From Octopus bimaculoides (Eukaryota), in assembly GCF_001194135.2 (NCBI RefSeq), contig NC_069005.1, forward strand, positions 11,836,946 through 11,872,859: a stretch of 35,914 bases of DNA, in the 5' to 3' direction. Each line of letters starts with the position of its first letter. Positions within the stretch are counted from its first letter, which is position 1. The translations under genes and the position numbers were made by a program. Below the pieces are notes generated by a model. The model did not search any database and had not been told where the DNA came from. It worked only from the letters and a program-made list of their open reading frames with translations. Shown here in pieces: positions 12,185-25,191 of the stretch.

Positions 12185-13953
12185 TAGAGAGAGAGAGAGA
12201 TTTTAGCATTCGGTTACCTCATGTTATAATTAGTTTACCCCAATTATATAGTTATATTCATTCATACACCTACCGATGCACACTGACACGCTCAAAACAT
12301 GCACCCACGCTCATACATACATACATACATACATACATACATACATACATACATACATACACATATATATATATTTATGTATATATGTGTTTGTATCTAT
12401 ATATATATGTCTATATATATGTGTGTATATATATACATAGTTATGTGCATGTAGATGTAAATATATATGTTTACACACACACTTACGCACACACACACTT
12501 ACACACACAAACGCTCACACGCGCATAGGTATAAACTCAATTAAGAAAAGATAGTTCCCTAATGATTGTAAAATATAAAAAGAAATCGTTTTGTCATTCT
12601 ATTTTTTACATACACTCATACATCTGTGAGTGTATGTCGATATCCGTGCCATTGAAGGCAGCTCTGTCATACACGCATACACATTTGCATACTTCTTTTT
12701 TGTATAAATGCACATATAGACATGCACACACACACACACAAACATGTACGTACACACACGTGTACGCTCACACACACACACGTATTGATATGCATACCAA
12801 AAATTCTGGGTAATTATATTTACCAAACATAGAACATATCGATAGATACAGCTTGTTAAATAAAACATTTGCTATATCTGATAAATCATTGTTGTAAGCG
12901 TTTTCAAGGCTCTTCTTTCCTTTTTTTTTCTTCAAGTCATTATTAATTTAAGACAAATATATTTCTTTAATATCTCGAAAGCGAAAAGAAAAAAAAATAG
13001 GGCAGAAAAAACACAGTGATCTTTTTTTGAAGTAATATAAAAGTTTTGACAAAATTTGAAAATTACTCATTTGATAATTTAATTACGAAGAGAAACTGAC
13101 AAACATATTTTTGAATTCTTTGAAATGTGTAAACGGTTTTCCTGTTAGTTATTTTATAACATGTTCATTTAGCTCTTGTAAAAAGATGAAAGGGTATTAT
13201 ATCGGACCCAATAAAGTTGAGNNNNNNNNNNNNNNNNNNNNNNNNNNNNNNNNNNNNNNNNNNNNNNNNNNNNNNNNNNNNNNNNNNNNNNNNNNNNNNN
13301 NNNNNNNNNNNNNNNNNNNNNNNNNNNNNNNNNNNNNNNNNNNNNNNNNNNNNNNNNNNNNNNNNNNNNNNNNNNNNNNNNNNNNNNNNNNNNNNNNNNN
13401 NNNNNNNNNNNNNNNNNNNNNNNNNNNNNNNNNNNNNNNNNNNNNNNNNNNNNNNNNNNNNNNNNNNNNNNNNNNNNNNNNNNNNNNNNNNNNNNNNNNN
13501 NNNNNNNNNNNNNNNNNNNNNNNNNNNNNNNNNNNNNNNNNNNNNNNNNNNNNNNNNNNNNNNNNNNNNNNNNNNNNNNNNNNNNNNNNNNNNNNNNNNN
13601 NNNNNNNNNNNNNNNNNNNNNNNNNNNNNNNNNNNNNNNNNNNNNNNNNNNNNNNNNNNNNNNNNNNNNNNNNNNNNNNNNNNNNNNNNNNNNNNNNNNN
13701 NNNNNNNNNNNNNNNNNNNNNNNNNNNNNNNNNNNNNNNNNNNNNNNNNNNNNNNNNNNNNNNNNNNNNNNNNNNNNNNNNNNNNNNNNNNNNNNNNNNN
13801 NNNNNNNNNNNNNNNNNNNNNNNNNNNNNNNNNNNNNNNNNNNNNNNNNNNNNNNNNNNNNNNNNNNNNNNNNNNNNNNNNNNNNNNNNNNNNNNNNNNN
13901 NNNNNNNNNNNNNNNNNNNNNNNNNNNNNNNNNNNNNNNNNNNNNNNNNNNNN

Positions 13954-14038
<85 letters not shown>

Positions 14039-14560
14039 ATATATATATATATGTATGTATATATTGATACGACCGCCGATAAACAAAAATAACGTTATGT
14101 CCCTATTCCACGAGCTGAGTTTGAAACCGTTTTCTAGTTGTTCGGGATATTGGTATTTCCTTCGTCCTGTCAACGAGCATGGTTATTTATAGCGTAGGAA
14201 TGTTTTTGATATTTTTAAAGAAAAATGTACTTTGTTGCTACATGTTGTTAAAAGAAAAATAACTTTGTTAACTCTTGTTAATTGTGATGTTAACTGGTTG
14301 AAAAGAAAGAAAAAAGAACTTTTGTTAACTGTGTTAAAAGAGAGGAAAAGAAAAGAAAAACAAAAGAAGCAGAAGAACTTTTAATGACTATTAATTGTAA
14401 ACTTTATGATTATGTAATGCTTGAAAACCTTTGTAATGTTAAATGCTTGGCAACTCAATTGTTAAATGCTGCATGTGTTATTTCAAAAGCATGAATTATT
14501 GTAATGGAATGTTGTTTTGTTTTGTTTTGAAAAAAAAGTTAGTTTGACTACGCAATTCTG

Positions 14561-14701
14561 TGTTATTTCATCTTTTAGTTGTCATCGTTACGTGTTCCGG
14601 CCGGGCTTGCTCGTGGCGAACATCCTGACTCACTGAGCGTTCATCGTTCGCGCGCGCGCGTTTTCTTTTCGTTGAGGTTCTTCGCGCGGGCGTTCGTAAC
14701 A
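14561..14701. other. CpG/GC-rich island with TGTTA...TAACA ends (possible LTR remnant)
   Basis: Many CpGs including CGCGCGCGCGCG in an AT-rich context; 5-bp inverted ends; no target-site duplication seen. Confidence 0.3.
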
Positions 14702-14730
<29 letters not shown>

Positions 14731-14732
<2 letters not shown>

Positions 14733-14934
14733 ATACAAATAATAAATGAATATATGCATATATACGTACATGTATGTACATACCTACATCTACATGTATA
14801 TATGGATGCATATCTGAGTACAGGACGTTGCAACAAAACGTGGACAAAATGATAAACAGAGTACAGAAAACACACAGGCCACATAGAGAACATTTCCTTC
14901 ATCAGCTGCCACCATTCTAAAACAAAGCGTTTAG
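14731..14934 (+). mobile_element. Interspersed repeat, inverted partner of 18137-18352 (truncated by gap)
   Basis: About 200 bp aligns to the reverse complement of 18137-18352 with scattered substitutions and one indel of about 12 bp; contains GAGTACAGGACGTTGCA. Confidence 0.8.
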
Positions 14935-15330
14935 NNNNNNNNNNNNNNNNNNNNNNNNNNNNNNNNNNNNNNNNNNNNNNNNNNNNNNNNNNNNNNNNNN
15001 NNNNNNNNNNNNNNNNNNNNNNNNNNNNNNNNNNNNNNNNNNNNNNNNNNNNNNNNNNNNNNNNNNNNNNNNNNNNNNNNNNNNNNNNNNNNNNNNNNNN
15101 NNNNNNNNNNNNNNNNNNNNNNNNNNNNNNNNNNNNNNNNNNNNNNNNNNNNNNNNNNNNNNNNNNNNNNNNNNNNNNNNNNNNNNNNNNNNNNNNNNNN
15201 NNNNNNNNNGTAGTGGTTAAGAGCGCACACTACTAACTACAAAAAAGGGACAACAAAACATCCAGACAGACGATAGATTCGGAGTTGTCTATCCTTAGTC
15301 GAGTTCCAGATTATCTTTGCAATTTCGGCT

Positions 15331-15371
<41 letters not shown>

Positions 15372-16191
15372 CATTTAAAGACGAGCGTCTGAAAACATGC
15401 ATATGTTTATACGCATGAGTGTGTGTGCGCGCATATGCGCATGTGTGTTAGTGTATGTGTAAATTACATGGTTACTTTGAAGATTCTCTGTCCTCATCTT
15501 AGATGCTCAGTTGTCAGAGAACGGCAGAAATTTGTATGCATGTATGTACGTATGTATATGTATGTGTCTATTTATGTATGTATGTATGTATGTATGTATA
15601 ATATATATATATATAAAACAAAGGCAAAAGTAAACTTCATTGATTAATGAGATATGTAGAACGAATGCTCGAAGTGTTTCCTTTCATAAGAAATTTTCTT
15701 TGATTCCAGTTGGCCGAATTTATTTATTTATTTTTTTTTTTTTAAATTTCCATGATAATCCTACATTAGTTCTGAAATACCACACCACCAAACTATTGAA
15801 TAGTGACCTGTTTTTGCTTTCGGCTCTTTTCATTCAATTATTAACATGAAGAACCCCAACAAAATTTGGACATTGAAAGATATTTCTTTTACAAAGATTA
15901 TGTTTTTCTTATGATTAAAGTAATGCTGTTTCGTTTAAACTTAAGAAGAACACACCTAACAATGATACTGACTGGAATGACGATATGTGAGTTATAGTCA
16001 GAGGATGTTCACTGAAAGGCTCTAATGCTCTCGTTCGCAACAAGGGCAACATATTATGGCGCTACACTGGTTTTGCGTGTTCGTTGTATTAGCATAAACA
16101 TTTCGTAATTTCATTCATGATATTCTGCAAACTATCCTGGACCTGACAAAACCATGGAAATTGATTATCCGGTTTAACTCGCCTTTTAACC

Positions 16192-16253
<62 letters not shown>

Positions 16254-16349
16254 AATCTATCTATCTATCTATCTATCTATATGGAATTCAGATATGCAAA
16301 TTCTCGTTTGTTTTCCCCCCTTTCCTTCTTTTACTGACAGAGGCTCATA

Positions 16350-16504
16350 GGCGCAACTATGAGAGTGTGCTTAGGGAGCTCGTATTACAACTACATAGAT
16401 TCAGGTTTAGTTACTGCGCGGTACCTTCAGTGTTATACACTAAAACCCCAAGCTGACCAGTGACTTTTGAATGAACTTAGCTGAAGTAATCTTTGTGATG
16501 CTCA

Positions 16505-16505
<1 letters not shown>
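16350..16505 (+). mobile_element. Highly decayed SINE family A head
   Basis: GGCGCA..GGAGCTCG..ACAACTACATAGATTCAGGTTTAGTTACTGCGCGGTACCTT.., followed by (TA)n as in other copies. Confidence 0.45.
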
Positions 16506-16552
<47 letters not shown>

Positions 16553-16559
16553 GATACTT

Positions 16560-16727
16560 ACTGGCATTTCGTTCGTCGTTACCTTCTCAATTCAAATTTT
16601 GTCGAGGTTGACTTTGCCTTTCATTCTTTTGGGGTCTACAAAATAAGTACCAGTTGATCACTGGAGTCGATGTAATCGATTAACCCCACTTCCACGAAGT
16701 TTCTGACCTTGTGCCAAAATTTGAACC
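16560..16727 (-). mobile_element. Repeat family B copy
   Basis: Reverse complement of the family B core (GACTTTGCCTTTCAT..AATAAGTACCAGTTGA.CACTGG.GTCGATGTAATCGA..CCTTGTGCCAAAATTTGAACC). Confidence 0.8.
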
Positions 16728-17327
16728 AGTATTACGTGGACGAAAAGCTTACGAAAGTCTACTCGAGCTTTGAGGATTTCGGCATTAAGCAACAAAAGCA
16801 ACAACTACGACGACGACAGCAGTCGTGGCAACGAAGGCGTCGGTGACGACTGTTCGGCTATATAAGGCAATAATTTATAGAGAACGTTCAACTAGTTCCT
16901 TAGTGAAAAAAATGTTTTTATTTATCGAAAATTAGAGAAAAAATCATGAGATTAATCATCTTCTATAATATGATTTAATTATGTACGAGATAGCATTTAA
17001 ACCACAAACATATCAGTGGAAGCCAACCTATGATATTTGAAAAGCGTTCATAATTCATATGAAATAAAGAAAAGCAAAAGAAAAAAATATATGGAAAGCT
17101 ATTAGTGATATAATTAAGAGTTACAAAAAATTAAGGAAATAAAAATAAAATTAACGACTAAGGTTTGCATGAAACAGATGTTGATGTACTAGAAACAGCA
17201 GTTAAATTAATTTCATATTGCAGCCCTCATTATTTTGAAAGAAAACTGTACTTTAAAAACTGGAAAATACGTGGGATAACAACTATTGACCAGCTTGTAC
17301 AGAGCTTACATGAGGTTAAACAAATAA

Positions 17328-17430
17328 TGGTTTCAAATTTTGGCACAATGCCAGCAATTATCTCGACCCCAATGTTCAACTGGTACTAATTTTATCGCTA
17401 CCGAAAGGTTGAAAGGCAAAGTCGACGACT
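17328..17430 (+). mobile_element. Repeat family B, internally deleted copy
   Basis: GGTTTCAAATTTTGGCACAATGCCAGCAATT joined to CGACCCCAATG.TCAACTGGTACT..CCGAAAGG.TGAAAGGCAAAGTCGAC. Confidence 0.7.
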
Positions 17431-18136
17431 GCGGAAACAAATAACATCAAACACGGCGGCCAGCTTGTAACCTTTATCTTCCTTAAGAAAAACATGATAA
17501 ATGCATATATATTTGTGTGTATGTGTGTGTGTGTGTAGCAGTTTTCCTTTGACTGGTGGCTGTGGCGAAAGAGGCTGTTTGGTGGAGAAGGCTGAAAGGC
17601 ATACGGACATATACATTCCTCTTTTCTGCAAAATAGGTGTAGTTTATCTAGTTCAGGCTATATTATTAGCATTATCCTGCGTTTGAGAATTTAAAATCAC
17701 TTCTTTAACTGTCTAAGACATGTCAACGCCTCTAAAAGCAAACTTCGTTTGCTTGTTTACGTTTATCGTAATTTGAATTTATTATTAAAGTAGTTTGATT
17801 CGGTACCATGAGACTTGAAGTTTCGCGGGCTTCTTACAGAATCGTTGCTCGGTCCAGTTCTGACACTCGAATGATGAAATACAGTAAGTCAGTATGGCTA
17901 TAGTCAAAGTCAAAACGAATCGCATAATGTTGTTAGAAGTGAAATCGGCATTTTAGCGACACCAGATGCATTAGAAAGGAGAACTTCTCTGACTGCGTGA
18001 AGAGGCAGGAGGAAGCTGGTGGTGCTTTGGTGTCTGACCGGCAAATGGAAGCAGGCAGAAAACATAGCCGGGGCGGGTGTGGGTATCAAGTGTGTGAGCG
18101 CACGTCTATATCTATGCGTGTGTGTGCAAACTCTTC

Positions 18137-18469
<333 letters not shown>

Positions 18470-18499
18470 CTATAAGAATCTCATTTTAGCTTTTTTCTA

Positions 18500-19300
18500 A
18501 TTCACCACAAAATATATATGTTTACTTTTACCGGGTCACATTTTGTGTATGTCCTTCATTTAGATTGTTCTTTAGCTTTTCATTAGCTCTTCACCTCTAA
18601 ATTAATTACATTATATGAACCAAGCCTGTAGCTATTTTCTAACTCACTGTAAATAATACAAATTTATTTCTACCTGGTTTCGCTTTGGTACGTCCCTATT
18701 TTACATTATTCTCAGCAGTTATTTAGCGTGCCACCTTTATATTAATACTGACTTCCGGTTTTGAAGGCAAATTCAATTATTTAAATAATCTTATTAATAC
18801 GTTTTAATTTAACTTGTTGAATTGACCCATACTTTGCCCTTCTTATCACTTTTATTAGCATATATTTATTCACTTTAATACTTATTTATTTATGTTAAAT
18901 ACTATATCTCCTCATCTGAACATGTTAACATATTTACATCCTGTATCTCACCAAGGGAACGCTGCATATTTGAAATTGATAAATTCTTGTCCAATGGTTC
19001 CTTATCTTTATTAGTCTAGCTCGATAATAATTTTTTAAGGGGTGAAAGGTAATATTTTGTAAGTCTTCATTTATTTTTTTTTTCTCTATCTATTTTTGCT
19101 TTTTACTCAATTTTGTTTTATTTATTTTATAATTTCCATGTACCCTAGCATTAAGTTAATATATCTTATTTGTTCTTTTAACCCTTTCGATATTTATAAT
19201 AAGTAATAGATTGCCTGGAAGGTCTTCCTCCTTAATTGAATATATAACTATACACACTTGAATTAAACTCAACATACTAATTTTCTACTGATTTAATACG
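18500..19300 (-). mobile_element. Possible very old Penelope-like ORF remnant
   Basis: Minus-strand peptide islands KEPLDKNLSIS, IYANKSDKKGKVW and AKPGR occur in the same order as PLE motifs LxKGLxF, ADKG and P.PG.FY. Many stops; spacing shorter than in the PLE at 31656. Confidence 0.25.
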
Positions 19301-19505
19301 GATGGACATAATATCACAATATGACATTTTTACATAACCTTCAACCCCTTTCTAAGTTTTATAGTATGTTCTTTATGTATACATTTTATCAGTTAACGGT
19401 TTGCAGCCGTTTACTCAACATGCAGGAATTGACCACCTATTTTGTATATCTTTATCAACCTCTGACGAGATTTGACTTCCAAATAATCTTATTTTTATTA
19501 ATTAA

Positions 19506-19541
19506 CTTTCTGAAGGTCTTGAACTGAAACAGCTGTAAGGG
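19506..19541 (+). ncRNA. Decayed minimal hammerhead-like motif
   Basis: CTTT-CTGAAG(G)-TCTTGAACT-GAAAC-AGCT-GTA-AGGG: palindromic stem III ACAGCTGT, GUA triplet, stem I CTTT/AGGG. Core A9 and stem II damaged. Confidence 0.4.
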
Positions 19542-20186
19542 ATGTTTGTCAACCTTTTGTTTAATAAATAATAATTTATTAATTACCTCTCTATTTTCTT
19601 TTATATATATATATATATATNNNNNNNNNNNNNNNNNNNNNNNNNNNNNNNNNNNNNNNNNNNNNNNNNNNNNNNNNNNNNNNNNNNNNNNNNNNNNNNN
19701 NNNNNNNNNNNNNNNNNNNNNNNNNNNNNNNNNNNNNNNNNNNNNNNNNNNNNNNNNNNNNNNNNNNNNNNNNNNNNNNNNNNNNNNNNNNNNNNNNNNN
19801 NNNNNNNNNNNNNNNNNNNNNNNNNNNNNNNNNNNNNNNNNNNNNNNNNNNNNNNNNNNNNNNNNNNNNNNNNNNNNNNNNNNNNNNNNNNNNNNNNNNN
19901 NNNNNNNNNNNNNNNNNNNNNNNNNNNNNNNNNNNNNNNNNNNNNNNNNNNNNNNNNNNNNNNNNNNNNNNNNNNNNNNNNNNNNNNNNNNNNNNNNNNN
20001 NNNNNNNNNNNNNNNNNNNNNNNNNNNNNNNNNNNNNNNNNNNNNNNNNNNNNNNNNNNNNNNNNNNNNNNNNNNNNNNNNNNNNNNNNNNNNNNNNNNN
20101 NNNNNNNNNNNNNATATATGCATACACACAGAGACTCAAACACAGACATCTTGTGCTGGTGGTGAGTTTAGAGTTCCATGACAACT

Positions 20187-20232
<46 letters not shown>

Positions 20233-20967
20233 CCACCACCACCACCATGATCATCCACTATGCTTTTAGTATAGTGGTGTGGTTGGCTGCAAATTTTGTC
20301 AAGGAACAAACCACACATCACAACCGGAACTAATTCAAAAGTGTGACTCTAAAACAATACACCGCTGTGAAAAGAAAATAACAGTGATTTTAGTCTGTTA
20401 CTGATATAATTCTGTTTTCTTTTAACACAATATGTGTATAAGCGATGCTATCGCGAAGCAAATATCACAGTTTAGCAGGCGTTCAATAGTATATATGTAC
20501 TAAATATAAGACATATAGATGGCTATTTTGGTATTTATACAGGAACCTTTCTTCTTACTCGAAAGGTTGTTAACACAAAATTTACACGGTGTTATTTATA
20601 GCCTTATCTGCTTCGAGAATTTCTATTTCAAAATAGAATATATATATATATATATATATANNNNNNNNNNNNNNNNNNNNNNNNNNNNNNNNNNNNNNNN
20701 NNNNNNNNNNNNNNNNNNNNNNNNNNNNNNNNNNNNNNNNNNNNNNNNNNNNNNNNNNNNNNNNNNNNNNNNNNNNNNNNNNNNNNNNNNNNNNNNNNNN
20801 NNNNNNNNNNNNNNNNNNNNNNNNNNNNNNNNNNNNNNNNNNNNNNNNNNNNNNNNNNNNNNNNNNNNNNNNNNNNNNNNNNNNNNNNNNNNNNNNNNNN
20901 NNNNNNNNNNNNNNNNNNNNNNNNNNNNNNTATATATATATATATATATATATATAAATATACATAC

Positions 20968-21014
<47 letters not shown>

Positions 21015-21110
21015 TACTTGTAAACATACGTCGACATGTATACATGGATATATTCATAGTTATGCCATAGGACACGTGCATAAGCAGACTAACACATAGA
21101 CACACACACA

Positions 21111-21146
<36 letters not shown>

Positions 21147-22214
21147 TACACACAGACACACATACATCCCCCATTTCTTCGCCCACACGCTGAAACATGA
21201 CGCTATCAATCTGACAGTAAAACAAATAACCAAACAATAACAAACAACAACATTAAAACTTTTACCATACTAACGAATTAACCAATTAACTTTTCAAATT
21301 CAATATATCGGTAATATACTTACGAATAGATTAGTTCTTGGTTTTGTGTTAGGAAAGTTAGCGGAGTTTTTTCTTTTTTTTTTAAATATAATCTAGTTTG
21401 GAATTCACAGAGATATATCTGTAAACCGAAATTTGATTAGCTGCACAGAAACNNNNNNNNNNNNNNNNNNNNNNNNNNNNNNNNNNNNNNNNNNNNNNNN
21501 NNNNNNNNNNNNNNNNNNNNNNNNNNNNNNNNNNNNNNNNNNNNNNNNNNNNNNNNNNNNNNNNNNNNNNNNNNNNNNNNNNNNNNNNNNNNNNNNNNNN
21601 NNNNNNNNNNNNNNNNNNNNNNNNNNNNNNNNNNNNNNNNNNNNNNNNNNNNNNNNNNNNNNNNNNNNNNNNNNNNNNNNNNNNNNNNNNNNNNNNNNNN
21701 NNNNNNNNNNNNNNNNNNNNNNNNNNNNNNNNNNNNNNNNNNNNNNNNNNNNNNNNNNNNNNNNNNNNNNNNNNNNNNNNNNNNNNNNNNNNNNNNNNNN
21801 NNNNNNNNNNNNNNNNNNNNNNNNNNNNNNNNNNNNNNNNNNNNNNNNNNNNNNNNNNNNNNNNNNNNNNNNNNNNNNNNNNNNNNNNNNNNNNNNNNNN
21901 NNNNNNNNNNNNNNNNNNNNNNNNNNNNNNNNNNNNNNNNNNNNNNNNNNNNNNNNNNNNNNNNNNNNNNNNNNNNNNNNNNNNNNNNNNNNNNNNNNNN
22001 NNNNNNNNNNNNNNNNNNNNNNNNNNNNNNNNNNNNNNNNNNNNNNNNNNNNNNNNNNNNNNNNNNNNNNNNNNNNNNNNNNNNNNNNNNNNNNNNNNNN
22101 NNNNNNNNNNNNNNNNNNNNNNNNNNNNNNNNNNNNNNNNNNNNNNNNNNNNNNNNNNNNNNNNNNNNNNNNNNNNNNNNNNNNNNNNNNNNNNNNNNNN
22201 NATACATACATACA

Positions 22215-22246
<32 letters not shown>

Positions 22247-22619
22247 GGATCAATAATAATTTTCCTTCGTTATTCTATAATTGATCGTTTCATCATCTAC
22301 CGATCGCATGAATCGATATCTACTGCCACCGTTTCTGTTTCTGCTGTCCGTTCTTTTTCCCAGCTCTTGTTGTTTCTGTTGGTGTTCTTGTTGTTGTTCT
22401 GCTGTTGTTGTTGTTGTAGCTGAAAGGTAAACACTGTAATCAATAAGCGGAGAAATGCGTCACAGAAAAACTGGTTGAAATGATTTTTTTTTTACCGCCT
22501 CCTTCCCATTTATCTTTATTATCATTATCATCTTAGTGTTCGTCATCGCCCTCGTCATCGTGGTTGTGACGTTGGTGGTTATCACAATCATCATCATCAT
22601 CATCATCAACATCATCATT

Positions 22620-22653
<34 letters not shown>

Positions 22654-22873
22654 GTATAACCAGCATCATAATGTCGTCATAGTTTAATTGCGATCTCTCG
22701 ATGCGCTGCGCTACCGATCATAGTCCAATGCCTCCTGTTTTGTGTGGATTATCCTACTGCTTGTGTATCAAATTTTTTCCAGGCATCATATATAAATTGC
22801 CTAGATGTGCTGTTTTCTGTAAATTACTGTTTTACGGCTGTTTATGAGACGGTTTCACATAGTAGTTTTCTCA

Positions 22874-22974
22874 TCGCTGATTCGACGCTGACCTGTTTGA
22901 CATCAGACGTTTAGTATTACTCTCGCTGATTCGACGCTGACCTGTTTGACATCAGACGTTTAATATTACTCTCG
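22874..22974. repeat. 49-bp tandem duplication x2 (1 mismatch)
   Basis: TCGCTGATTCGACGCTGACCTGTTTGACATCAGACGTTTA(G/A)TATTACTC at 22874 and 22923. Confidence 0.95.
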
Positions 22975-23084
22975 TTCTCTCCCCGCCCATTTCCGCTCTC
23001 TACTTGACTGCCTCTGCTTTGGGGGGTCAACATATTCACGCATATTCTTTTATATGTATTAGGAGAACCAAAATGTTCGTCTTA

Positions 23085-23240
23085 GTTATGTCCAGTTAAT
23101 AAATTGTAATGCCTTTCTTTCCCCTCTCTCTCATTCCTTCTATCTGAATGTATGTAATGCTGCTCGTAATGCCTCTGGGGACAAAATGTATTTTCATCAA
23201 AACAGGCTGAATGTCCAGTCAGTTGTTCCAGTTTATCAGA
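23085..23240 (-). mobile_element. Possible decayed RTE LINE 3' tail
   Basis: Minus frame ITYIQIEGMRERGK..I.*LDIT resembles the RTE tail G.IEG.R.RGR....W.D.I. Confidence 0.3.
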
Positions 23241-23244
23241 AGAA

Positions 23245-23405
23245 GTGGCTGTGTGGTAAGTAGCTTGCTTACCAACCACATGGTTCCAGGTTCAGTCCCA
23301 CTGCGTAGTATCTTGGGCAAGTGTCTTCTACTATAGTCTCGGGCCGACAAAAGCCTTGTGAGTGGATTTGGTAGACGGAAACTGAAAGAATCCCGTCGTA
23401 TGTAT

Positions 23406-23477
<72 letters not shown>

Positions 23478-23700
23478 ATGCTTGTATGTCTGTGTTTGTT
23501 TCGCTAGCATTGCTTGACAACCGATGTTGGTATGTTTATGTCCCCGTCACCTAGCGGTTCAGCAAAATAGACCGATAGAATAAGTACTAGGCTTACAAAA
23601 AATAAGTCCCGGGGTCGATTTGCTCGACTAAAGGCGGTGCTCCAGCATGGCCGCAGTCAAATGACTGAGACAAGTAAAAGAGTAAAAGAGAGTAAAGAGA
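23245..23700 (+). mobile_element. SINE family A, full length
   Basis: A/B-box head, internal (TA)n(TG)n, tail GGGGTCGATTTGCTCGACTAAAGGCGGTGCTCCAGCATGGCCGCAGTCAAATGACTGA, ending in GTAAAAGA repeats. Confidence 0.9.
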
Positions 23701-23998
23701 GTCCAAACAGCCGTACCCACCGTCTCATTCGGAGTTACACGTATATTCATTTGTTTGCATTCTCTTTAACCGTTAACCATGGCGCTTATTATTATAGAAT
23801 TCTTCTCTCCTGTTTACAAGCCCTCATATTTGTGTTATATCTATTCTCAAATACTTATATTAGCTTAATTTCTCCATTTTCTTAGAGATACATTATCACA
23901 TACCGGAACTGATATTTCGATTACAAGACGTTGCTCTCCTTGGTGGTCTTTCACAACAATATTTGATCAAATTAGCTTTTCTTTCAATCTGTTTACAT

Positions 23999-24212
23999 TG
24001 GTTTCAAATTTTGGTACAAGGCTAGAAAGTTCAGAGGAAGGGGTTAAGTCGATTGCATCGACCTCAGTGCGTAACTGGTACTTATTTTATCGACCCCGAA
24101 AGGATGAAAGGGACATTCAATCTCGGCAGGATATGAATTTAGAACGTAAAGACGGACGAAATGCTACTAAGCAATTTTCCAGGCACGTCAACGATTTTGC
24201 CAGCTCGCCGTC
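23999..24212 (+). mobile_element. Repeat family B, full-length copy
   Basis: Aligns end to end with 2833-3035. Confidence 0.85.
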
Positions 24213-25036
24213 CTCAAGTCTATTTATACTGATGCGTGTATTTTGACTGAATTTTTGGTGCTGCTGCTTCTAGTTGCTTACGAGAGAAAGGGAGAGAGAT
24301 TACTGAAAGATAAAAGGAGGGTGAATATTCTTCTTAAAGGGAGAAAACTGTTTCAAAGTTATTAGTGTATTTCTTTGCTTCAAATATTGGAGTACACGGC
24401 TTTTGAGCAGGTATGCGGCTTCCTACCCCGTTTTCAGTTTCAAACAGATTTAGTATATTTGAATATATACTGCCCACCCCACAGAGGTATTCATGCTTTA
24501 CATATCGCCAACGGCTACCTTAGAATAGTCTTTTGAAGACACAAAGAAAGCCCTTATAAACTTGGAAGTGCACAAATATGAATTTGCTTCTCTTCCCTCA
24601 AGCTTGTGAAATGATTTCAGGCAAAAGCTCACTCTTCTGGCTATATAGTTGTGTCAAATACATGTTACTCAAGTAAAATGGACTAAATTAAGAGGTTGTT
24701 TGTTATTAGTAGCTTTTCCAGAAGACGAAAGATAGATTTCCCCTTTCTGGCTGACCGCGTACATTTCAAGATTACTTTCGTTATGAAACTGTGTGTATGA
24801 GCGTACCATTAGTCCTTTTGTTGGCCGAAGTGCCGTTAGAATTGTTCACATTAATATTATTGTTATGTCACATTTTTACCTTTTAAAAGTGGAGTTTGCT
24901 GTAAATATGTATTTGTATTCAGTTTATCCCTTTTTAAAATTCGCTTCCGTGGTAAAGAGTTACAACCCGTTTCCTTTTACTGGCGATGGGGTATGCGTGC
25001 TGATTCTTTTTTTAAAGATTACACTCTGATCCCATC

Positions 25037-25154
25037 TATATATGTATGTATGTGCGTGTGTATGATTGTGTGTCTGTGTTTGTCCCCCCCCCCAACATGG
25101 CTTGACAACCGATTCCGGTGTGTTTAGGTCCCCGTAACATTAGCGGTTATGCAA
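25037..25154 (+). repeat. Exact inverted duplicate of the SINE interior at 25328-25468
   Basis: Base-for-base reverse-complement identity apart from the G/C homopolymer that spans a 13-N gap. Confidence 0.9.
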
Positions 25155-25191
25155 GCAATATTGAAACATATTGTAAACACAAGTTCCATTA

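Noticed and set aside
15947-15992. Possible micro-exon KNTPNNDTDWNDD ending at GTGAGT
   Set aside because: Weak acceptor; too short to distinguish from chance.
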